DNA of 64,000 bases from a virus. Where the stretch lies: IMG/VR virus record IMGVR_UViG_3300002334_000064, positions 4,319 to 68,318 of that record; one strand, given 5' to 3'. Numbering within the stretch: the first letter of the stretch is position 1; every line of letters begins with the position of its first letter. This document shows, one piece after another, positions 46,229 through 57,100 of this stretch. The notes below the pieces were generated by a model, which ran no database searches, had not been told where the DNA came from, and saw nothing but the letters and a program-made list of their open reading frames with translations. Made by a program: the position numbers and the translations under genes.

Positions 46229-46798
46229 GTGCCCCCACAATCAGTATCATTTAAATTCGTTGGGGGTGATCCGCGCCGGAACGTGGTAAAGATCGAAGAC
46301 GCTGTTATCTCGGGCGTGTACGACGGCGTTACGTCTATCGGTGAGTTTGTAAAGGCGAGAGCACAACAAAACGTGACGGACCTAAGCAAAGTAGACCGAG
46401 GGACATTGCGAGCGAGCATAACAAGCGAAGTTTCTTCAGATACAAAAGGTATCACGGCATCAATATTCCCAACGGTTGCTTATGGCGTGTGGGTTGAGTT
46501 CGGTCGGTTAGGTGCTCTCTCTTCACCGGCTGGCACTGGTAAAGATTCGGCAAAGTCTGCATTTCCACCAGTGCAAGTTATCCGTGATTGGGTTCTTCGC
46601 AACCGGGTAAAACTTGCTGTTGCAAGCGGCGATATAAACAGCGTGGCATTCTTGATCGCTCGTAAAATCTTTCGGTACGGGATCGAACCAAAACCGTTCA
46701 TGCGTCCCGCTTTCGATCTTGGTGCAACACATTTTGAGCGCGTCGTAAAAGACAATGTTGATAAACAGGTTCGTTCATTCAAGAAGGTGAAAAGATGA
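46229..46798 (+). CDS. HK97 gp10-like neck/tail completion protein
   Basis: VDRGTLRASI, YGVWVEFG, GIEPKPFMRPAF. Confidence 0.85.
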   Translation: MPPQSVSFKFVGGDPRRNVVKIEDAVISGVYDGVTSIGEFVKARAQQNVTDLSKVDRGTLRASITSEVSSDTKGITASIFPTVAYGVWVEFGRLGALSSPAGTGKDSAKSAFPPVQVIRDWVLRNRVKLAVASGDINSVAFLIARKIFRYGIEPKPFMRPAFDLGATHFERVVKDNVDKQVRSFKKVKR

Positions 46799-47289
46799 CA
46801 CACGTACATGAGCCGATAGCGGGTAGGGTTCTCACATGGGCTTTGCGGTATCTGGATACCGAAATTGTGACCGCTGCCGGTCTTGCGAGTGTCACGTATC
46901 CAACACTTAGAAAAATCGCAACGCAAGAAATGCCAACAGCTGAAGGTGTTTACCTTTCGATTGGGAACGAAGTAAGGGTTGACGATTTTACTTCGACGTG
47001 CTCGTTTATGATAGAGGTCGTTTTGAGCGACGGGGGTAGTTCTCGCGGATACCTAGTGCGTGATTTGATTGTCAATGAATTTGATAAATATCGTCCGGGT
47101 ATTGCTGGGATTGATACAGACCTACGCGTTATGTTTGGGCTTCGATTGAAATCATTGAAGCGAAGTTTACTTCAACCTTGTTCACCGTACGGTAATCAGC
47201 CAAGTGCCAACGAGCAGATTGTTGGCACCCGGTCGATTATCGGGTACACTTTCAAAGGGTCACGCGATTCAAACCTTGTGACCCCATAA
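46795..47289 (+). CDS. Putative tail terminator protein
   Basis: Synteny between the gp10-like and major tail genes. Confidence 0.55.
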   Translation: MTHVHEPIAGRVLTWALRYLDTEIVTAAGLASVTYPTLRKIATQEMPTAEGVYLSIGNEVRVDDFTSTCSFMIEVVLSDGGSSRGYLVRDLIVNEFDKYRPGIAGIDTDLRVMFGLRLKSLKRSLLQPCSPYGNQPSANEQIVGTRSIIGYTFKGSRDSNLVTP

Positions 47290-47403
47290 TAAAATTGTTT
47301 CGTATGTCCGCCAACATACACCCAAACCAGTTGTTTTTATTGATGTTGCTCAGACAGGTTTCTTGTGAAGCCTGTTGTTCTCTTCTCTTTTTGGAGCTAC
47401 ACA

Positions 47404-47919
47404 ATGGCAACGCATACCATTACCGAAGCAAAGGACGGCGATAGTGTCATTCTTGGTTTGGGTCTTTTTGGAACTAAGGCGTTTGGGTCAGGCGGCAGTT
47501 TTACGGATGTTGGTTACGTCAAGGGAATTTCTCTGACGTACACACGCGAACTTGTTGAGTTCGAGTCTGCCGGTTTGCTTGTAAAACGTCTTGCGTTCCG
47601 CGACCGTATGAGCATGGAAGTTGAGATGGCTGAGGTTTCGATTGCGAACCTTGCTCTTATTATTCCCGGCACTTCATCGTCTACTCAGATCACCTTTGGT
47701 GGCGACAAGACAATCACGCGCCTTGCAGTTCGTTTCGAACATCTTCGAGACGACAACAAGATTATTCAAGTTGACATGTACAAGACGGTTGCGTCTGGTG
47801 AAGTCAGTCTTGAATTCGCGGAAGAGGAATTCATCACCTTCCCGACCACGTTTGAAGCAGAGCTTGATACCAGCCAAACATCGGGCGAGCAGTACGGGAT
47901 CATTCAGATCGTCACGTAA
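47404..47919 (+). CDS. Major tail (tube) protein
   Basis: ILGLG, DVGYVKGISL, E..I.NLAL, FPTTFEA..D; followed by a terminator. Confidence 0.8.
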   Translation: MATHTITEAKDGDSVILGLGLFGTKAFGSGGSFTDVGYVKGISLTYTRELVEFESAGLLVKRLAFRDRMSMEVEMAEVSIANLALIIPGTSSSTQITFGGDKTITRLAVRFEHLRDDNKIIQVDMYKTVASGEVSLEFAEEEFITFPTTFEAELDTSQTSGEQYGIIQIVT

Positions 47920-47946
47920 GCCCGTCAATGCGTAAACATGCGCGGG

Positions 47947-47980
47947 CGGGATGTTTCTTGATTGAAACATCCCGTTTTTT
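47947..47980 (+). terminator. Rho-independent terminator
   Basis: CGGGATGTTTC/GAAACATCCCG plus T6. Confidence 0.85.
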
Positions 47981-48017
47981 ACAACCTGTTTCTCAAAGTT
48001 GAATGCAAAGGAAATTT

Positions 48018-48578
48018 ATGACAGACGAACAAGTAACGGAAGTGGAAGCGGTCGAAGAAGTAGACACTTCAAAAGCGGATGCGTTTAGAGAACGACTTAA
48101 GCACTTCAGGAAAGAAGGTAATTCGGTTGTACTTGCTGAAAAGAGCGTATCAGACGCAAGCGAGTGTGTACGGTTGGGCCTTGACGATATCCTTCTCGGT
48201 GAAGTAGATATTATCTTCGATGATGAAACCACGATCCGGCTAAAACCTGTCACAGTTCGCACGGTTGGCAAGATTCAAGACTACGAATACGAAACCGAGA
48301 AGCGGCTTAAGGGAATGAAAGAGGGAGCCGTTAGACCGAGTAATCTAAGTGATGTTCATCGTAGTTACATGCTTTTCATGTTCATTGCTAATCAACACCG
48401 AGGCGAAAAAGGCGACGGGCAAGAACCGTTTACGATTGATGAGATTTTGGACTTGCTTGATATCGAGATGATGCCAACTATCTCGGCGTTGACGAATGCG
48501 GCGCTCAACCCTTTACCCGAAGGCTTCGGAAACAAAGACGAAGCCGAAACGGAAACGGAAACGACGAACGAGACTTAA
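48018..48578 (+). CDS. Tail assembly chaperone (G)
   Basis: Between major tail and tape measure genes; ends after an NPL slippery site. Confidence 0.75.
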   Translation: MTDEQVTEVEAVEEVDTSKADAFRERLKHFRKEGNSVVLAEKSVSDASECVRLGLDDILLGEVDIIFDDETTIRLKPVTVRTVGKIQDYEYETEKRLKGMKEGAVRPSNLSDVHRSYMLFMFIANQHRGEKGDGQEPFTIDEILDLLDIEMMPTISALTNAALNPLPEGFGNKDEAETETETTNET

Positions 48579-48886
48579 ACAAAAGTTTTTGGCCTGTAAT
48601 CTTCTATCAGTTTGCGAAAACCTTTGGGTGGACGCCTGAACAAGTTGGAGATTTAACGCTAATTCAACTCACGATGTACCTTGAAGAAATTTCGTATGAA
48701 GCCGAACAGATCGAGGCGAGCAGTAAGAAGAAGAGTCGCAAGGGCGGGAAGTTCGGCAAGACTGACAAAAGCAAAAACGCACACAAGCCAAGTAAGAACT
48801 GGCAAGGTAAAGACATTTCAAATGCAAGCGAAAAAGACTTGTTTGATATGTTTGGCGGTTCCAGTGTTGGTACTGGTAAAAAATAA
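48509..48886 (+). CDS. Tail assembly chaperone -1 frameshift extension (GT)
   Basis: Heptamer CCCTTTA at 48509-48515; the -1 frame is open to 48886 and encodes FGWTPEQVGDLTLIQL. Confidence 0.75.
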   Translation, partial: PFTRRLRKQRRSRNGNGNDERDLNKSFWPVIFYQFAKTFGWTPEQVGDLTLIQLTMYLEEISYEAEQIEASSKKKSRKGGKFGKTDKSKNAHKPSKNWQGKDISNASEKDLFDMFGGSSVGTGKK

Positions 48887-48906
48887 CGAACTTGTTTCCA
48901 AACCTG

Positions 48907-48923
48907 AATTGCGAGTCGCAATT
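48907..48923. repeat. 17-bp palindrome copy (AATTGCGAGTCGCAATT)
   Basis: Core AGT variant, intergenic before the tape measure gene. Confidence 0.9.
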
Positions 48924-48940
48924 ATAGAGGGACGTTAAAA

Positions 48941-51900
48941 ATGCCATCCGAAGCAGATGCAGGCAGTGTAGTTGTTAGCTTTAGGGCGGATGTGCGTAAA
49001 GCACTTTCGTCCTTTGAAGAATATAATCGTGGATTGCGGAAATCTACAGAGCAGACAAAGAGGTCTGTTAAATCGATTCGTGCCCAACTAGATAGTGTGA
49101 ATACTAGCGGTGCCATCGGTGCCGGTGCTGCCGCTGCCGGTAATGGTCAAGGTATCGCGTCACTCGGTGCTAGTCTCGCCATAGCTCGACGTGTGGGCGG
49201 TGTAACAGACGGCATCGTCAATAACTTCCAGACACTAACCATCGTTGCCGATCAAGCATTCGAGGCGGCTGGTACTTCGGTCAATGGATATTCGAGAGCA
49301 TTGACCGAAGCTGGTGAAAAGTCACGCCTTGCGTTGACCGTAATGAATCGTTCGATTGCTTTACTTCCCGCCGGTGTAAGTTCTAGCGTTCAACAATCTC
49401 GTGTTTCGTTCACCAAGTTCAACAAAGACTTCGGTGAATTGGCATCGAAGACACAAACAAACGTCACGAAAATACGCAAGAGTTTGAACACCCTGAACTT
49501 GATCGTTGCGGCTGGTGTCGGTGTGGGTGTGCTGAAACTTGGCTCAGACTTTGATAAGGCGATAACGGCGGTTCGTTCGGTTACAAAAGAAACGGTTGAA
49601 GAGTTCGAGTCTGTACGTCAGAGCGTGATTGCGATTGCGAACGATGTAGGCGTTTCCGCTGTTGATGCTGCCGTTGGTTTGAATGATATTGTGCAATCCG
49701 GGTTTGAGGGTCAAGAAGCGTTTGACCTACTCACGGCTTCCGCTCAAACAGCACGTGCGGGCCTGATTGAAACGTCACTCGCAACGAGCGTGCTTGTGGG
49801 TACGTTGAACGCGTACCAGTTATCCGGTAGTGATGCCGCCGAAGTATCTGGTAAGCTCATCAAAGCCGTTGACGTTGGTATCTTCACGTTCCAAGAACTG
49901 GCAACGAGTATCGGCAACGTCACGCCGATTGCGTTTGCTGCCGGTGTCGAACTTGAAGAGCTTCTAGCTATCTTGTCATCGCTCACTTTGAGTGGTCTAG
50001 GATTCACCGAAGCAACCACGCAGTTGCGAGCCGCAATTGTCGCACTGCTGAAACCACAAGAACAAGCGGCTAAGAGAATCAAGGAGGTTCTTGGTGTATC
50101 CGCTGAAGCCGCAATTCGTGTCAACGGTTTCGCTGACACGTTGCAACGTCTGGTTGAATCGGCCAATGGTTCCAACGAAGCGCTTGCGAAAATCTTCCCG
50201 AACATCCGAGCGTTGCAAGGTCTTGTTTCTCTTGCCGCTACAGGGTTTAAAGACCTGAACAGCACCATTGAAGTACTTGGCAATTCTGGTGCGGCTTCAC
50301 TCAAGCGTGTTCTTGAGATTCAATCCGGTTCGTTCTCTCAGCTTGCGGGTGAGATTCGTAGACAACTCGGCAACCAGTTGATTAAGGTGTTTGAGAAAAA
50401 CAGAAAAACAATCGTTGGTATGACAGCAAGTGTTCTTGAGTTTACGAAAGCAAACCGTGATAGCGTGTTTGCACTCGTTGCGATTGGCGCTGCCATTGGT
50501 GTCGTGGCGGTTGGGCTGCTCGTATTGAAGGGTGCGTTGTTTGTAACTGAGGTTGCACTAGCTGGTGTAGTAAGAGTGTCGAAAACCCTTGCGGCCATTC
50601 AGAGCGGCGAGCTTGCAAAGTCGTTTGCTTCAACCGCTTTAAAGCTTCGCAATTTGGTCTTCTCTCAAACCGCGTACGCTGCAAACTCTGCCGTTCTGTT
50701 GTCTAGCACTAAGGGACTTTCAAGAGCGTTCCCTGTATTTACCAAAGCCGCGATCCAATCAACCAATGCTATCAAGGCTCTAAATATTGCGCAGATCGCA
50801 TCCAATCTTTCTTTCAAGGTTGGAACGGCAAGAGTAATTGCACACGCAACCGCACTTAAAGCCGCTGCCGTTGCCGCTGTTATTGCAACTGGTAATTTCC
50901 TTGCAATGAGTGTTGCCGCTGCCGCTGCTGTTTCACCTATTGCCGTGATTGCATTAGCGGCAGGCACCGCGTTGGTTGCGTTCAATATCGGTCGTTGGTT
51001 ATCGCCTTGGAAACGAGCTAACGATGAAGCTGAAAAACAGATTGAAGCACTAGAAAAAATCAGTGATATTCAAGACGGGATACAACAAAGACTCAGTAGG
51101 CGCGGTGCTATTACTCCCGAATCTGATACCGCTATTCGGCAAATTAAAACCATTCAAGAACTTCGTAATGAACTGGCCGATGCTCTTACGGCGTACAATG
51201 TAGGTATTGATGGTGCCGCTGCCAAGGTCACAGGGTTGCGAAACGAGCTTGCAAAAGTTGGTGAGACATTTAATAGCGATGACCTTCGCAAAGTTCTCGG
51301 TGATCGGATCGAAGGTCTTACCCAGATTGTTATAACTGAACGCGCGAAACTTGCGGAAGCGGCTGGTGAGGCTATCGCTTCATCCGCATCTTCGCAGGTA
51401 CTACTTGTAAGCGCGGGGTTTAAAGAAGGTGACATATTAAAGGCAACAAAAGCGTTGCGTGATCTTGATTTGATATTGACACAGATGGCCGAAGATTCTA
51501 ATAAAAGTACTGCGAATCTCGAACAGTTCGCCGCACTGCTCGCAGAGACAGAGACAAATACGCTCGGTGCTCGTGATGCTCTTGATAGTTTCGTTGACAG
51601 TCTGAGAACTGCGAACCTTTCACCGTTCCAACAATCTTTGAAATCCGTAATGGAAGACGAACAGCAGCTTGAAAAAGAATTCGAGAATCTAGCGAGTCAA
51701 CTACGCAACACGCTTGAGAATATCATCCCGCCCGAGACAATCAATCAACTGATTCCGAAGATTGCACCGAACCCGGACATTGCACAACGTCTGTTGTTGG
51801 GTGGAACGAAAGAAGAGATTTCAAAATTCTTGCTTGACGCAATCGTTGCGTCCCGAGACGATATCAAATCGCTCTTTGATTTCTTGCGTCTGGAAATCAC

Positions 51901-53608
51901 AAATTCGCAGATTGATTCGATCAAGAACATCCTGAAGAGTTACGACCTTTTACAAAGCGGTTTTCTTGAAGTAGAGACGGCACTAACCGATATCGTTTCT
52001 GAAGAATCCGATAAGCGTACCGAAGTCGCTATCGAGGCCAACGAGAAGTTGATATCACTTCAGATTGAACGGTTGCGGCTTGAAGGTAAAGAACTTGAGT
52101 CTTCTTTGCTACAGGTAGAACGTAGGTACAAGAACGAACAGAAACGTATTCGTGAAACCGGGAACCTTGCTAAGAGAATCCGAGCGGCTGAAGGTCAGAT
52201 TATCGAAGCGCAGGCCGAAGGTGAAGCCGCAAGAGTTCAGCAACTTAGAGCCGAAATTGATGCACTTACACAATTGCAGGCAGATCAGATATCCGAACTT
52301 GATCGCTTGCGTGACGCTTCGCTTGATAAGGAAATGAAACGCGAGAAGAATCGGATTGAAAATACCGAAGACGGACGTAAAGCCAAGAAGAAAGCACAAC
52401 AAGAAGAACGGGTAGGTGAGCTTGAGTCACAACGCGTAGAACTGAAGGGGCAGATTGCAAAGGCCAAGGAAAATGGTTTACTCAGAACCGAACTTGTGTT
52501 GAAGCAAAAACTGATCGAAACAGAACGCGAGATTGTTAACATCACAGATCAACGAATCGAAGATGAGCTTGATTTGATTGAATCTTCTGACAGGGTGCTT
52601 GAAAATCTCAGAGCACAGTTTGAAACACTCCGAAGAATCAACGGATCACGCGAGGAATACAACGACCTGTTGAAAGATGCAGAGCGTAAGCTGGTCGGAA
52701 CCAACAGTGTGCTTGATGCCCGTGAGGCTATCCGTGGACGGCTTGAGGACGCGGATACCGTGGATGAGGCCGATAGTTTCAAGAAGGCGGCAGGGAGCGT
52801 TCTACGGTCTCGCGGTCAATCACTGCAAACCAGACGCGGAGAGCTTCAGAACGAGCTTGGGCGTACGAAAGATTCAGGACGTAGAGAAGAAATTCTTACG
52901 GAGCTTGAAGCGGTTGATAAAGAACTTCGGAACCTTGTTGAGAAGCTTCGGATTCTTGATGACGAGTACGACCGAACGATTGAAGTACTCAAGAAAGAAC
53001 AGGCAGAGCGCGAGCGTCAGGTACAAGAGAAGAGCATTCGTGAGCGTGGTAAAGACGCGGGACTCACGGACGAGGAAATTGATGAAGAGGTAGACAAGAG
53101 AACCGGTAAGGACTTAAAGCCAATCTCTGATAAACAGAAAGAACGCACGGAAAGGAACCTTCGCAAGCGCGGTGATCTAGAAGACGATGAAGAGGTCATC
53201 GGTATCAAGAACGGTCGCCCGGTCATAGGTAAGAAACTCGCACCGGAACGTGAAGAAGGTTTACAGGTGCCTGAAGTTGGGACAGACGATTTGCAACCGG
53301 GCGGAACAGACAACATTCCCGGTATCCGAGACGTTCCGATTTCACCGGGTGCTGTTCCCACAACACCGGACGCGGTTAGAGGTATTGAGAAAACAACCGA
53401 TAGTCTTGAGAAAATCGGAACACAAATCGAATCCGGGATTTCGGCGTTCCAAGACTCCCTTAATTCTTTACAGACAACGGCAGTTGATACGTTTACAATC
53501 ATCAACGGCAAGCTTGAAGAACTTGCGGCAGTGACAAACGAGCACACGACGCAACTTGAAGAACAGAGATCGCGGGCCGAGTCCGTGAGGATCGAAGGGA
53601 GAAGATAA
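48941..53608 (+). CDS. Tail tape measure protein (TP901-type core)
   Basis: 1555 aa, Ala-rich; FDKAITAVRSV, LNAYQL, EATTQLRAAI; long coiled coils. Confidence 0.92.
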   Translation: MPSEADAGSVVVSFRADVRKALSSFEEYNRGLRKSTEQTKRSVKSIRAQLDSVNTSGAIGAGAAAAGNGQGIASLGASLAIARRVGGVTDGIVNNFQTLTIVADQAFEAAGTSVNGYSRALTEAGEKSRLALTVMNRSIALLPAGVSSSVQQSRVSFTKFNKDFGELASKTQTNVTKIRKSLNTLNLIVAAGVGVGVLKLGSDFDKAITAVRSVTKETVEEFESVRQSVIAIANDVGVSAVDAAVGLNDIVQSGFEGQEAFDLLTASAQTARAGLIETSLATSVLVGTLNAYQLSGSDAAEVSGKLIKAVDVGIFTFQELATSIGNVTPIAFAAGVELEELLAILSSLTLSGLGFTEATTQLRAAIVALLKPQEQAAKRIKEVLGVSAEAAIRVNGFADTLQRLVESANGSNEALAKIFPNIRALQGLVSLAATGFKDLNSTIEVLGNSGAASLKRVLEIQSGSFSQLAGEIRRQLGNQLIKVFEKNRKTIVGMTASVLEFTKANRDSVFALVAIGAAIGVVAVGLLVLKGALFVTEVALAGVVRVSKTLAAIQSGELAKSFASTALKLRNLVFSQTAYAANSAVLLSSTKGLSRAFPVFTKAAIQSTNAIKALNIAQIASNLSFKVGTARVIAHATALKAAAVAAVIATGNFLAMSVAAAAAVSPIAVIALAAGTALVAFNIGRWLSPWKRANDEAEKQIEALEKISDIQDGIQQRLSRRGAITPESDTAIRQIKTIQELRNELADALTAYNVGIDGAAAKVTGLRNELAKVGETFNSDDLRKVLGDRIEGLTQIVITERAKLAEAAGEAIASSASSQVLLVSAGFKEGDILKATKALRDLDLILTQMAEDSNKSTANLEQFAALLAETETNTLGARDALDSFVDSLRTANLSPFQQSLKSVMEDEQQLEKEFENLASQLRNTLENIIPPETINQLIPKIAPNPDIAQRLLLGGTKEEISKFLLDAIVASRDDIKSLFDFLRLEITNSQIDSIKNILKSYDLLQSGFLEVETALTDIVSEESDKRTEVAIEANEKLISLQIERLRLEGKELESSLLQVERRYKNEQKRIRETGNLAKRIRAAEGQIIEAQAEGEAARVQQLRAEIDALTQLQADQISELDRLRDASLDKEMKREKNRIENTEDGRKAKKKAQQEERVGELESQRVELKGQIAKAKENGLLRTELVLKQKLIETEREIVNITDQRIEDELDLIESSDRVLENLRAQFETLRRINGSREEYNDLLKDAERKLVGTNSVLDAREAIRGRLEDADTVDEADSFKKAAGSVLRSRGQSLQTRRGELQNELGRTKDSGRREEILTELEAVDKELRNLVEKLRILDDEYDRTIEVLKKEQAERERQVQEKSIRERGKDAGLTDEEIDEEVDKRTGKDLKPISDKQKERTERNLRKRGDLEDDEEVIGIKNGRPVIGKKLAPEREEGLQVPEVGTDDLQPGGTDNIPGIRDVPISPGAVPTTPDAVRGIEKTTDSLEKIGTQIESGISAFQDSLNSLQTTAVDTFTIINGKLEELAAVTNEHTTQLEEQRSRAESVRIEGRR
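50022..50038. repeat. 17-bp palindrome copy (AGTTGCGAGCCGCAATT), inside the tape measure gene
   Basis: One mismatch. Confidence 0.8.
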
Positions 53609-53609
53609 G

Positions 53610-54134
53610 ATGGCTTCGGTGGTTCCATATCTATTGACGTTCAAAGGGAATTGGGCGGGGTCTACTGAAGTCGCACTTTCCTTTGAAAACGGTTCACACG
53701 AATCTGTTTCGGGTGGGGGTCTTCCCGCGTTTATCACTCCGCAACAAAACCCGGTTGGTGTGTACTATTGGAACATCAAAGGTTTCTTCGCGGAAACAGA
53801 GAGCCAAGTACACGACAATGCGGCACAGACACAAGCTCTTGTTGTAAGTGAATTGGGTTTAGCTGACACAATAACGGAACATTTGGGTTTCTTCCCGCCG
53901 ATTGAAAAGCGGTTAGCACGCGGTGGTGTTACGCTTTGGTCACCACATGATAACGCCGGTTCACTGAAGCTCTATCGAGGCCCAACAGGTGACTACGCGG
54001 GCGGGAACGCGGTAACCCTTTCGAGCGAATGTTGGTTGAAAAAATACAACGCGACTACAGGCGGAAGAAACGGGATTGCAACAATTGATTACCAATTTGT
54101 TTCAAGTAGAAACCCCGTCGATTACATTGTCTGA
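53610..54134 (+). CDS. Putative distal tail protein
   Basis: Synteny after the tape measure gene. Confidence 0.55.
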   Translation: MASVVPYLLTFKGNWAGSTEVALSFENGSHESVSGGGLPAFITPQQNPVGVYYWNIKGFFAETESQVHDNAAQTQALVVSELGLADTITEHLGFFPPIEKRLARGGVTLWSPHDNAGSLKLYRGPTGDYAGGNAVTLSSECWLKKYNATTGGRNGIATIDYQFVSSRNPVDYIV

Positions 54135-54150
54135 ATTGCGACTCGCAATT
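54134..54150. repeat. 17-bp palindrome copy (AATTGCGACTCGCAATT) overlapping a TGA stop
   Basis: Core ACT variant. Confidence 0.9.
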
Positions 54151-54166
54151 ACCCGAGGAAAACAAA

Positions 54167-57100
54167 ATGTCTACTGAGTTGAACGTTGACGGTATTGAAG
54201 TTCTCGAACTAAGTTGGCAGATGTCCCGCGCTTCTAAGTGCCGATTTACGGTAACCGGGCGAGGCGGTGATGATTCTGGAACAGGTCCGCAATTCGCGGC
54301 TAGGGATGTTGTGACGTTCAACGTTCCGAGGGGCGGCGGCGAGGTATGCTTGTTCGTGGGGGTAGTGCTGCCGTCGAGGCGTATCATTTCCGCAACGGAA
54401 GATTCGATTGAGTACGTAGCCGCTGATATCTTGGAGTATCTAGGCAACAACCCTATCGATGTTGTGAACAAGCGGTACAATCCTATCGGCTCTTCCCCGC
54501 TGCTCGAATACCCTTCGGGTGATACGGTCACGTTTCAGTACATCCTTGAAACAGAATTCGATTCACTTATTCAAGACGGAACCATCGGCGGGTTTGATTA
54601 CTCTGAATCGAACAGTCTTGAAGAATTGATTTTGTACGACGTACAAATAACCGGTTTGACTTGGCTTGAATTGATTGATGAACTGCTCACACAAGTACCT
54701 TCGCTTGGTTACTGGTACGAACCCGATTCGGCTGATTGGGCTTCTGGTTCTCACAAGGGCGGTACAATTCATTTCTACGACCTGTCAACGGTTCCAACAT
54801 CGCCAACGGCTGATTTTGTCTTGCCGAGTACGGTCGATGACACGCTTGTAGAAAACATTCTTGAATTGGATATCAATCTTGATATCAGCCGTGCGTATGA
54901 CACTGTTACGATTAATGGGTTCGGCAATTTCTACGAAACAAGCGAACAGCTAAACACCGCATGGACCAATTTAGAGGCCGGTAATTCTCGCGGATTGTTT
55001 GCAATCTATGGAACGGTTGTAGCGGACGAGCACGTACTAAGAGATAACCCGGACGGCGTATCAAGGCCACAGTATTACAGCAGCTTTGGATCATGGTCTA
55101 CACTACCAGCGTCAATCGGAACAACTGCGCGACCGTGGTACCCGGAAGCGGAAAACTCAAACGCACAAAGAGCTTTCAGGCGGTTCTCTGTAAACGAAAC
55201 TGTGAATATAAGCGCGTTCGCAGGTTTGCCGGTTGGTGCTCTTTATGGGGGCACACAGGACCAAGAAGTGTTTGACTTGAAACTGAGATCAACCCAAGAG
55301 GGTAGCAATTCGCAGTTGTACAGAGTCTCGCCTGCAATCAGCATTCAAGGGTTGTTTCATCGTTGGTACGGTGGTGAAATCGTGGGCACCATTGGCGATG
55401 ATGACTACCTAGGTTCTATATCGAATGGTGTGAAAATATTTGTCTTCAGTGACGGTATCTTTGACGACTGGGGCGAGTTTGTACCAAACACCGTACTGTA
55501 CGAAAATCAGCTTCCAAATGGTCCGTTTGCACCGTTGAGAGATTACGGGCCACCGCAATCTGTATCCGAAAACTTTGTTTGGTTGTCTGTCGCGCTAGTC
55601 AACAGAACCAATTACTTTTTCACAAGCAATGTTTCAGGGAATACTTTTTATGACGATATGGTAGATCAGTTGATCTACATGTACTGGCCGATCGTAGGGT
55701 TCGAGGCTTTGGGTGATTGGAACGACCCGCAAGTGTGGTGCAATTACACATTGAAAGCACCTTTTTATCACAGTCTTTCAAACGGGTCTTTAGGTTATGA
55801 CAAGTCCCTCGTCCTTTATGATAATCGATTGCTTCGATATACAGATAAAGATGATAATGTGATTCGTGACGATCACGACTTACTCGTACAACTTACACAA
55901 ATCATTTTTGATTCAGTATCACGCCCGCGAGTGTTCGGTACATGCTCAGTAGATATTGAATCGTTTGAAACTGGCGACGTGTATTCTGACTGGTTAGAAG
56001 AGGCGATGGTAACAATCGGGTCGGCTGTTCGTTTCCGACACTGGGGAGGCGGAACTGTTGGGGATAATTTCTTGCCAGAGACAAGGATTCAATCAATTAG
56101 ACTTGAAAAAATTATTAGCGAAGGGTCTATCACTGTTGGGTTTGACAATGACACAACTTTTGAGAATATCGAGAAGATTACTGATCGTCTCGCGTTTAGA
56201 AGTGACCAGAATTTAGAGATAGGTCTTAATACTCAGTTCCCCGCTGTTGATAGTCCGGTTGTCGGGGATGATTGCACGGATGACGGAATCATCAATGTTA
56301 TTACTACAGACGGAGACGGCGGCGGAGGTAGCGGAGGGGGAGGCGGCGGAGGTGGCGGCGGAGGCGGCGGAGGGGGAGGCGGTACTGATACCGGCGATGA
56401 AGAGTGCCCTACAATTGAATGGTTGCTTTCATTCCAGCAATACATTGCACTGAGTGAACGATGCCGCGAATTGCTTTTTCCAGATGGTGGTTTTATTGGT
56501 CCGGGCGGGTTTTATGAATCTGAAACACAAGAAGCTTTAGCGTCTGATTGCGGCGTAAGTCTTCCTGATTATGAAGTCGTGCCTTTCTATGATTCGTACG
56601 ATATGGGTATTGCGGTGATCGCAGAATACGAGGTTGAACACACTCTTGATTCCACAGGTATGGTTAATGAAGAGACCCCGTATTTCTTTACGGGCGGGAA
56701 GTCGGTAACCACAACCGCAAATATCAGTGAGTCTAAAAATGTTGGTCATAATTCGTTTTGCACACGCGCTGTTTTCCCCGGCCCAACAGCGCAGTCAAAA
56801 GCGATAGGTGTAAATACCGGTGATTACGTTGGAGACAGTACAGCCGACGGGGTAGTTGCGATACGATCGAGCGTGACTCAGTACTTCGATATGAATCTAA
56901 ACAAATTCGTAATTGCGGTGTTTATTCATTTTGTTGATCTCGGCTCTACGCTCCATTTTCAGAACCTTACGATGAGAATATTCGGAATCGTCGAATTGGA
57001 TGGAACGGTAAACGTTGCGGACTTTGCGACCGGTGTAACAGGGTCGGTAGGCTTTGAACCGCATCCCGCTGAACCGTCTCAAAGGGAAGAAGTTCTTTCT

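Noticed and set aside
46608-46624. Possible extra palindrome copies (TGTTGCAAGCGGCGATA here; half-sites near 4307, 50105 and 57610)
   Set aside because: Four or more mismatches or only one arm; not counted.
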